Shown here one piece after another: positions 1-7,200 of a stretch of 18,183 nucleotides of DNA. Source of the DNA: Polaribacter sp. GTDB taxonomy: Bacteria; Pseudomonadota; Gammaproteobacteria; Pseudomonadales; Cellvibrionaceae. The DNA lies in contig CAXQRU010000078.1 of the NCBI GenBank assembly GCA_964226685.1, positions 1-18,183 of the forward strand. The letters run 5' to 3'. Each line of letters starts with the position of its first letter. The first letter of the stretch is position 1. Both the position numbers and the translations under genes were made by a program. The notes beneath the pieces are model-generated. The model had not been told where the DNA came from, searched no databases, and saw only the letters and a program-made list of their open reading frames with translations.

Positions 1-20
1 ACACGACGCTCTTCCGATCT
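1..20. other. Residual Illumina TruSeq-type adapter (ACACGACGCTCTTCCGATCT) at the contig terminus
   Basis: Bases 1-20 are identical to the 3' end of the standard Illumina universal adapter (…CTACACGACGCTCTTCCGATCT). Native sequence begins at base 21. Confidence 0.8.
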
Positions 21-21
21 G

Positions 22-77
22 TTACATGTAAGAAAAATAATTATTACATGTAATTTTTGTTGACATGTTACATGTAA
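22..77. promoter_or_regulatory. Three copies of the perfect 10-bp palindrome TTACATGTAA (22-31, 44-53, 68-77), a candidate operator array
   Basis: Direct reading. The copies are identical and their centres are 22 and 24 bp apart, about two helical turns. Copy 2 extends to the 12-bp palindrome ATTACATGTAAT. Copy 3 lies inside the -35/-10 spacer of the promoter below. Confidence 0.6.
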
Positions 78-87
78 TAGCTATAAT
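60..87 (+). promoter_or_regulatory. Sigma70-type promoter with TTGACA (60-65), a 16-nt spacer and TATAAT (82-87). The predicted transcription start falls at or near the ATG at 94, so the mRNA is leaderless.
   Basis: Both hexamers match consensus exactly. No Shine-Dalgarno sequence precedes the ATG at 94, and the -10 ends 6 nt before that ATG. Confidence 0.55.
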
Positions 88-93
88 CGACCT

Positions 94-714
94 ATGATTA
101 AAAAAACATCAGCCTATTATCAACGAAAATACCGCGAGCGCCTGCGAGAACAGGGGCTGGTGAAGCGCGAAGTGTGGGTTAAACCCGAGCACGTTGGGCT
201 TTTGGCGGACATTGAGAAGCAATTGAGAGATCCTTTGCTATTGGATAAACCATCGGTAGGAATCAGTCAAATGAGTGAAACACAAAAATGGACCAACGAT
301 ACCTTGCTCACCGCGCTTGCGAACAGCCCATTGGGCGATCGTATCAGCATTGAAGTGGTCGAGGGTGTAGAGCCAGCGCTCTACATTGTTATGCATGATT
401 ACGGTGATCTACCCCTATTTGCCACCATTGTTGGCGATCAGATCATTGTTGAGGCCGCGCTTTGGCCGGCTGATGCCATAGCCGATAAGGCCGCATTTAA
501 TGAGGTGGTACTAAAGACCCACAAGTATTTTCCTTTATCAACCATCAGCTTAGACACCATGAGCGACGGGGTTGATTATTACCAAATGTTTGGCGCCCTA
601 AGCGCCACATCGACCCTACCCAATGTAGTATTTGAGGTAGAAACCCTGGCTGACAACGTGATTCAAGCGACATCAGCCTATAGTGAATTTTTGAAACCAG
701 ACGCATACGCATAA
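94..714 (+). CDS. Fusion protein with an N-terminal ribbon-helix-helix-like (RepB-regulatory/Arc-like) DNA-binding domain and a C-terminal YjfI-like DUF2170 domain. Putative autoregulator of the operon.
   Basis: 206-aa ORF. The N-terminus YYQRKYRERLREQGLVKREVWVKPEH fits the [YRER..G…V.W.] pattern of small ribbon-helix-helix-like regulators. The segment from the internal MSETQKW onward (…MHDYGDLPLFATIVGDQIIVEAALWP… PLSTISL… YYQMFGALS…) matches, from memory, the motifs of E. coli YjfI/DUF2170. Its stop lies 15 nt before the next gene, which suggests translational coupling. Confidence 0.6.
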   Translation: MIKKTSAYYQRKYRERLREQGLVKREVWVKPEHVGLLADIEKQLRDPLLLDKPSVGISQMSETQKWTNDTLLTALANSPLGDRISIEVVEGVEPALYIVMHDYGDLPLFATIVGDQIIVEAALWPADAIADKAAFNEVVLKTHKYFPLSTISLDTMSDGVDYYQMFGALSATSTLPNVVFEVETLADNVIQATSAYSEFLKPDAYA

Positions 715-729
715 GCGAGGAGCGCAAAA

Positions 730-1416
730 ATGAATATTTTAAAGAAGATGATTACAGCATTGCGCGGCGGCATCAACGAAGCCGGCGAAGCCATTATTGA
801 CACCCAAGCCCTGAGAATCCTAGATCAAGAGATCAGGGATGCTTCCGAAGAGTTAAAACGCTCGAAAGATAGCTTGGCCGAGATTATTGCCAAAGAAAAA
901 CTGGCCAATCAGAAGTGCGATGTCACCAGCAAGAAAATTACAGAGCACGAAGGCTACGCGGTTAAGGCGCTAGAACAGCAAAACGAAACCTTGGCCCTAG
1001 AAGTGGCCGAGAAGATCGCCGAGCTTGAAAATCAACTCGCAAACGAGCAAACTGTCGCCCAAGAATTTGCCCAAAGCGGCAATGACCTGCGGGCCGCAAT
1101 CCTGCAGGCCGAGAACAACTTGCGCCATCTTAAGCAGCAGGTGGATACGGTCAAGGCAACAGAGAGCGTACAGCGTGCTCAAGAAGCGGTGGCCGAGCGC
1201 CATAGCGGTGCCAATAGCAAGATGCGCACAGCAATGGATTCTCTTGAGCGCATTAAAGAGAAGCAAGCACTGAAATCAGCGCAAATGAGTGCAGCCAGGG
1301 AGATGGCTAACGAAACGCCGGAGTCGTCTTTGGCAAGCAAACTGGAAGCGGCAGGCATTACCACCTCAACCAGTGCCAGCGATGTGCTTGAGCGCCTAAA
1401 AAAGAAGGCTAAGTAA
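730..1416 (+). CDS. PspA/IM30/Vipp1-family protein (ESCRT-III-like), YjfJ-like
   Basis: 228 aa. There is an N-terminal amphipathic helix (MNILKKMITALRGGINEAGEAI) and a long coiled coil. It carries the motif …VKATESVQRAQEAVAERHSG… and a tail …AAGITTSTSASDVLERLKKK that I recall from E. coli YjfJ. The ribosome-binding site GAGGAG sits 8 nt upstream. Confidence 0.8.
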   Translation: MNILKKMITALRGGINEAGEAIIDTQALRILDQEIRDASEELKRSKDSLAEIIAKEKLANQKCDVTSKKITEHEGYAVKALEQQNETLALEVAEKIAELENQLANEQTVAQEFAQSGNDLRAAILQAENNLRHLKQQVDTVKATESVQRAQEAVAERHSGANSKMRTAMDSLERIKEKQALKSAQMSAAREMANETPESSLASKLEAAGITTSTSASDVLERLKKKAK

Positions 1417-1429
1417 GGGCCAGCAATAC

Positions 1430-1454
1430 GCACCACTGACCCCAGCAGTGGTGC
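1430..1454 (+). other. Intra-operon stem-loop between the PspA-like and YqiJ-like genes (9-bp stem GCACCACTG/CAGTGGTGC, 7-nt loop). Possible partial terminator or mRNA-stability element.
   Basis: The repeat is perfect but it is followed by an A-rich tract, not a U-rich one, so it is not a canonical intrinsic terminator. Confidence 0.3.
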
Positions 1455-1484
1455 CAATAAAACAGGAATGACAGGAGGGGGGAT

Positions 1485-2195
1485 ATGTTCGCAATATTAT
1501 TAACTGACAAAATGGATGTGTTTTATAAAAACATATTGTCCTTCCCTACCATTGTTTTTAGCATACTATTGTTAATTTGCATCCTATTTTGGCTGGTAGC
1601 CATTCTAGGATTTCTCGACATCTCATTTATGGATCCCGATGTCGACGTTGGAGATGTCGGTGACATTGGAGATGTAGGAGACGTAGGCGGCGACGCCGGC
1701 CCAAGTGCTGTGGCCGGTATCATCCAGCGCTTTGGTCTCAACGGTGTACCGCTAACCATCATTATTACATCCATTTCTTTGATCGGCTGGCTCATTAGCT
1801 TCTATACCGTACACATTCTATTCCCTCTGATTCCAAGCGGCTTACTGACGTGGGTTGCCGGGGTAGGCACTCTATTAGGGGCGACCATCGGCGCCACGTT
1901 TATTACCGCCATGCTCATCAAACCTCTGCGCCCTTTGTTTAAAAAGCTTGAGGTACACCTCGACAAACGCATCGTAGGACAAACGGCCAAAGTGAGAAGC
2001 TCGCGAGTGGACCAAGCGTTTGGTGAGGCTGTTTTAGAAGATGGTGGCGCAGGCTTGATATTAAAAGTTCGCTCAGCCGATCATCAGGTCTATGGCCGAG
2101 GCGATGATGTTGTCATCATTGACTATGTCGAAGCAGATAATACCTTCAAAGTTGTTTCACTTGAGGAATTTCAATCCATGAGATCCTCTATTTAA
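1485..2195 (+). CDS. YqiJ-like inner-membrane protein with a C-terminal NfeD-like OB-fold, the partner of the flotillin
   Basis: 236 aa. The N-terminal half has several hydrophobic transmembrane segments and an acidic loop, DVDVGDVGDIGDVGDVGGD. The C-terminus (VGQTAKVRSS…GAGLILKVRS…GDDVVIIDYVEADNTFKV) is beta-rich, as in NfeD or YqiJ. The gene sits directly upstream of an SPFH/flotillin gene, the arrangement of E. coli yqiJ-yqiK. The ribosome-binding site is AGGAGG. Confidence 0.7.
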   Translation: MFAILLTDKMDVFYKNILSFPTIVFSILLLICILFWLVAILGFLDISFMDPDVDVGDVGDIGDVGDVGGDAGPSAVAGIIQRFGLNGVPLTIIITSISLIGWLISFYTVHILFPLIPSGLLTWVAGVGTLLGATIGATFITAMLIKPLRPLFKKLEVHLDKRIVGQTAKVRSSRVDQAFGEAVLEDGGAGLILKVRSADHQVYGRGDDVVIIDYVEADNTFKVVSLEEFQSMRSSI

Positions 2196-2226
2196 CCATC
2201 GTTTACTAACAAGGAGATAAAACATC

Positions 2227-2289
2227 ATGCAAACCATCACCAAAGGACAATCTCGTCCTACTCATACATTAATGGAGAACACACTATGA
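2227..2289 (+). CDS. Possible 20-codon upstream mini-ORF (MQTITKGQSRPTHTLMENTL). Its TGA stop overlaps the flotillin ATG as ATGA.
   Basis: A strong Shine-Dalgarno sequence, AAGGAG, lies 10 nt upstream. The stop overlaps the start of the next gene. No homology is claimed. It may only be a coupling or leader ORF. Confidence 0.2.
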   Translation: MQTITKGQSRPTHTLMENTL

Positions 2290-4199
2290 GCGAGTACATC
2301 CCACACCTTATGACTTTATTGATCGTCGTCGGGGTGATCTTTGTTGTCCTTTTGGGCTTCATTGCCATCGTTAAGGCTTGGTATATTAAAGTTCCTCAGG
2401 GAACCGCCTTGATTGTTAACGGCATCCGCAACATCAAAGTTAGCTTTACTGGCGCACTGGTTTACCCTGTGATCAATAAAAAGGAATTTATGAAAATATC
2501 CTTAATTACCTTGGAGGTAGATCGCCGAGGTAAGGATGGTTTGATCTGTCAGGATAATATGCGTGCGGATATTACCGTAGCATTTTATCTTCGCGTAAAT
2601 GAAACTGCAGCCGATGTATTAAAAGTTGCCAAATCGTTAGGTGCCGATCGCGCGTCAGATAAAAACGCCGTGAATGAATTATTTAATGCTAAATTTTCTG
2701 AAGCGCTAAAAACCGTGGGCAAGCAAATTGAATTTACCAAGCTGTTTGAAGATCGCTTGGAGTTTCGCGAAAAAATTGTTCAGGTCATCGGTAACGACTT
2801 AAACGGCTATATCTTGGAAGACGTAGCTATCGATTATCTTGAGCAAACCCCAAAAAGTGCGCTAGATCCAAACAATACCATGGATGCTGAAGGTATTCGC
2901 AAGATCACGGAGCTGACAGCTATTCAAAACATAACCACCAACATGCTAGAGCGCGATGAGCAACTAGCCATTAAAAAGAAAGACGTGGAAACCTATGAAG
3001 CCATGCTGGAGCTAGAGCGCCAGGAAGCCGATGCCGCCGCCAGACAAAAGCGCGAAATCGAAACGTTGAAAGCGCGAGAAGAAGCAGAAACCAAAAAAGT
3101 TCAAGAGGAAGAACGCAAAAAAGCGGAATCAGCCACTATTGCCGTTGAGCAAGATCTAGCTGTGCAAATGGAAAATCAAAAGCGTGAAATCGAAGTAGCG
3201 GAACAAAACCGTCAGCGCGCCGTAGTGATTGAAATGGAAAAAGTCACCCGGGCACGCGATCTTGAAATCGTTTCTCGCGAACGTGAAGTTGAGCTGCAAA
3301 GAATCGAGGCTGAAAAAGCCGTCGAGGTGGAAAAGAAAGAAATAGCCAACGTCATTCGCGAGCGTGTAGCAGTGGATAAAACCGTTGCTATCGAAGAAGA
3401 GCGTATTAAAGAAGTGCGTGAAGTGTCAGAGGCTGATCGCTTAAAGCAAGTCCAAGTATTAGAAGCGGAAGCACTTGCTGAACAGGCAAAAGTCAAAGAA
3501 GTGAAAGCGGCTGAAGCACAAGAAATCTCAGCCAAACATAAGGCCCTTGAAATCACAACGATTGCTCAGGCTAAGTTAGAGGCCGCGGCCAAAGAGGCCG
3601 ATGCCAAGAAGAAATTGGCTGAGGCCACCCAAGCAGAGCGTGCAGCCCCCGGTTTAGCCGATGCCAAAGTACAAGAAGCCAAAGCCGAGGCCTTAGAGAA
3701 AGAAGGTTTGGCCGAAGCGCATGTGATCAATGCCAAAGGTAGCGCGGAAGCTGAAGTCATTGCGAGCAAAGGTGATGCCCAAGCGAAAGCGGACAAAGGC
3801 ATTGGTTTGGCGCATGCTGAAGTCACTCGTGAGCAATTTAAAGCTGAAGCCGATGGCTTGGTTGAGAAATTCAATGCTATGGGCACCATGAGCGATGCCG
3901 CTAGACAACATGAGGAATTCCGCATGAGTCTTGAGACCGCGCTCAAAGAAGCACTCGCTTCAATCGACGCCGGCAAAGACATCGCGAAAGAAAATGCGGA
4001 AGTACTGGCCACTGCACTTCAAAGAGCGAAGATCGATATTGTGGGTGGTGAGGATCACTTCTTCAATAACTTTGCGAAAGCCTTGTCGATGGGTAAAGCG
4101 ATTGACGGCTTAGCAGATAAGAGCAGCATGCTGGGCTCGATTATCAGCAAATTTATTGATCGCCCAGAAGATGTGGTTGCTGAAGAATCAGCAGAATAA
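2286..4199 (+). CDS. Flotillin-like SPFH/band-7 protein (YqiK family) with an extended E/A/K-rich coiled coil
   Basis: 637 aa. An N-terminal transmembrane helix (LMTLLIVVGVIFVVLLGFIAIV) is followed by an SPFH core (…ALIVNG… GKDGLICQDNMRADITVAFYLRVNE…). A long EA/KA-repeat coiled coil and a flotillin-type C-terminus follow. Confidence 0.85.
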   Translation: MSEYIPHLMTLLIVVGVIFVVLLGFIAIVKAWYIKVPQGTALIVNGIRNIKVSFTGALVYPVINKKEFMKISLITLEVDRRGKDGLICQDNMRADITVAFYLRVNETAADVLKVAKSLGADRASDKNAVNELFNAKFSEALKTVGKQIEFTKLFEDRLEFREKIVQVIGNDLNGYILEDVAIDYLEQTPKSALDPNNTMDAEGIRKITELTAIQNITTNMLERDEQLAIKKKDVETYEAMLELERQEADAAARQKREIETLKAREEAETKKVQEEERKKAESATIAVEQDLAVQMENQKREIEVAEQNRQRAVVIEMEKVTRARDLEIVSREREVELQRIEAEKAVEVEKKEIANVIRERVAVDKTVAIEEERIKEVREVSEADRLKQVQVLEAEALAEQAKVKEVKAAEAQEISAKHKALEITTIAQAKLEAAAKEADAKKKLAEATQAERAAPGLADAKVQEAKAEALEKEGLAEAHVINAKGSAEAEVIASKGDAQAKADKGIGLAHAEVTREQFKAEADGLVEKFNAMGTMSDAARQHEEFRMSLETALKEALASIDAGKDIAKENAEVLATALQRAKIDIVGGEDHFFNNFAKALSMGKAIDGLADKSSMLGSIISKFIDRPEDVVAEESAE

Positions 4200-4212
4200 T
4201 CTTGCAAGCCCT

Positions 4213-4232
4213 GCACCGGCTCTCGCCGGTGC
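4213..4232 (+). other. Stem-loop (GCACCGGC-tctc-GCCGGTGC) between the flotillin and the giant gene. Candidate attenuator or processing site.
   Basis: The inverted repeat is a perfect 8 bp. No U-tract follows it. Confidence 0.3.
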
Positions 4233-4267
4233 TCATTAAAACTGAGTAAAACGTAGAGGGAGAAAGT

Positions 4268-7200
4268 ATGTCGTCTCAGGATAAATCACAAGCACAAGAC
4301 GATAACGCAATTGTTAATGAAGCGGTTGCTCAAGGTGGCGCATACGAGGTCATTCGCCAACGCCTAGTTGACCAAGCTCAGCAGCTACATAAACACACTC
4401 AAAGCTTAAACGAGGCGCGCATTAGCGAGTTCGGCTCGCCAGACATGAGTGTTTTGGCTCGAGTGCGCGTGCGCACGGAAAATAATTGTGTCGCTAGAGA
4501 TATTGTAGAAGTGGGTCAGCACTTACTGTTTGGTTACAATGTTTTTATAGGGCTCAAGCGCGAGACTAAAGTCGATGATGTTTTTTCTCTTTACACAATT
4601 ACCCAAAACGATGATCAGTACGAACTAACCCCCGTTACCGCCAGCAACACATTTTTAACGGATCCAAGATTTGTCAGCGATTTCGATGAACTCTATCGTT
4701 ACTACAAACACACCAAACTCATCCAGTTATCAGTTCGCCATGGCAAATTGTTAGCGGGTTTTCAAATTGGTGAGAAACTCGAAGATGTTCGGGTATTTCG
4801 TTGGTCAGTATCTGCTGACGGCAAAGATATTAGCTATATTGATAATCGGGGTGAGCGTGACCTTGCCCTACCCCCACCCTACGATTTTGAGTGGGTTAAT
4901 ACGACTCGCGAAGATATTGTGCACAGCCGTCATCCGCATATCAATATTGAAGACACCTTGTTTATCAGTAATAACAAGGGCTTTTTGAATATAAAAATCG
5001 AAGACAATACCGAAGAAGGCATGTCAGTTTTTAGAGAAAAAGTTGAAGATGATACTCAGTCTCTTGATGACCTCTCTGTCAGCTATGCCATAACTGGCAA
5101 GTTAATTTTATTGAAAATATTACCGTATCGAGAGCAAATCTCTCGATACTTTGTTTACAACACGTTGACTCAAACCATTCAACGCATTGATGCCATTGGT
5201 CAATCTTGTGTGCAGCTTCCTGAAGATCACGGCATTATTTTCCCGGGCGGCTATTATTTAGAAAGTGGCGAACACAAAACCTTTGATGAGCAATATACAG
5301 GTTTAATGTTTAAACGCAGTTTTCGATCGCCTAACGGAGAGGATGTATTGTACATTTTCTATGAACCCGTAGAAGGTGTTGTCGGCTTGTTTGCCTACAA
5401 TATGATTAATAAAACCTTAAAAAATCCCATTTATGGTCATGGTTACGCACAGTTTGATAATGGTTTAATCATTATTTTTTCATCGGAAGGCGAGCCAACT
5501 CGCGTTCACCCCATGCAATTATGGCAAACACCTTTTTTTAGCGCCGAGTACGCCAGCGCCCTACCCGATAGCCAAACACCACTTGGTAAAATTGGCAACG
5601 CTGAACTCGTTCGCGGGATTTCGGATTTATTTAGCATTTGTCGAATTGTCGACAATCAATCGGTCTCCATGCGTTTATATGAAGAGCTAACTAGAATTAC
5701 TCAAAAAATATTTGATGACTACTACTGGCTGACTCAAGATAACTTCAATGATATCAAAGATTCGGTCAATCTAATTACTGCAACGGCTGAACTGGTCATT
5801 GATGAGTTCGAAAAAGTTGAGAGCATTCGACAGCAATCGGCCAAGACTTTACAAAAAGCGCAAGAAGAGCAAGAAAAAATTATTAGCCAAGCAAGGCCCG
5901 ATAATTGGGAAAGCGCCGAACAATATGTTAATGCGTTAAGAAAGATTCGCCAGCAACGGGGTCACTTATCGACAATTTCTGATTATCGATACATCGACAA
6001 GAAAAAAATTAGTGATTTAGATCAAGAACTGGTAAAAATTGAAGAGAAATTAAGTGAAAAAACCGTTACCTTCTTGGTGGGAGAAGAGGCTTTAACGCCG
6101 TATTTCACAAAAGTAGAACAATTAGATCACGGCGTAGAAACAGCCAACACGATTGCAGAATTGACACCCATCATTGAAGCCATTGAAGGTACCACGGCAG
6201 GACTCGATGTACTTTCTGAGTTGATGGGCACGCTACAAATAGATGATGCCACCGTGCGCACACGCATCATTGACTCGATTTCTGAAGTCTATGCCAAACT
6301 CAACCAAAGCAAAGCTCAGGCGAATCATCGTAGAAAATCTCTGGGCTCACAAGAAGCGGTTGCTCAATTTAGTGCTCAATTTAAATTGTTTTCTCAAAGC
6401 ATTACAAACGCTCTTGGCTTGGCAACCACACCAGACAAATGTGATGAACAATTATCACGCTTACTTGCTCGGTTAGAAGAGTTAGAAAGCCAATTCAGTG
6501 ACTTTGAAGATTACCTGGCCGATATTATTACCAAAAGGGAAGAAGTGTATCAGGCCTTCGAGGCCCATAAACAACAATTACTCGATGAAAGGCAACGAAA
6601 ATCGCAAGCGGTGATGGAGGCGACCAATCGCATTTTATCGAGCATTGAAAAACGCTCACTAAAATTCACCGACCCCGATGAACTCAATACTTATTTTGCG
6701 TCCGATAGCTTGGTCGCCAAAGTGCGAGAATTTGTTGAGCGCTTAAGAGATTTGAACAGTGCGGTTCAAGCCGATGATGTCGAGGCTCGTTTTAAATCCA
6801 TTAAAGAGCAATCCATTCGCGCCCTTCGAGACAAGACTGATATTTATGAAGAGGGAGGCAATGTGATTAAACTTGGGCCTCGCCATAAATTCAGCGTGAA
6901 TACCCAAGAGCTTGATCTCACCCTTTTCCCGAAGGAGGGGGTCATGAATGTGCATTTGACGGGCACCGATTTCTATGAACCCATTAAAAATGAAGATTTG
7001 GACTCTTTAAAAGCCTATTGGGGTTTGGCGGTCGAATCGGAAACCCCTCAGCTCTATCGAGCTGAATATCTTGCTGGCTCCATTATCCGTGCTGCTCAAA
7101 ACCAAACCGATGGTTTAACGATAGAAATACTCAATACCGCTTTGCTAGATGATAACCATTTAAGCAAGTTAGTTCGAGATTTTGCCACGCCGCGCTATAA

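Noticed and set aside
3212-4012. Antisense ORFs (114, 148 and 72 aa) inside the flotillin gene
   Set aside because: They lie opposite the GAA/GCN/AAA-rich coiled-coil coding region and translate to low-complexity Ser/Ala strings. This is a compositional artefact of the repeats, with no ribosome-binding site.
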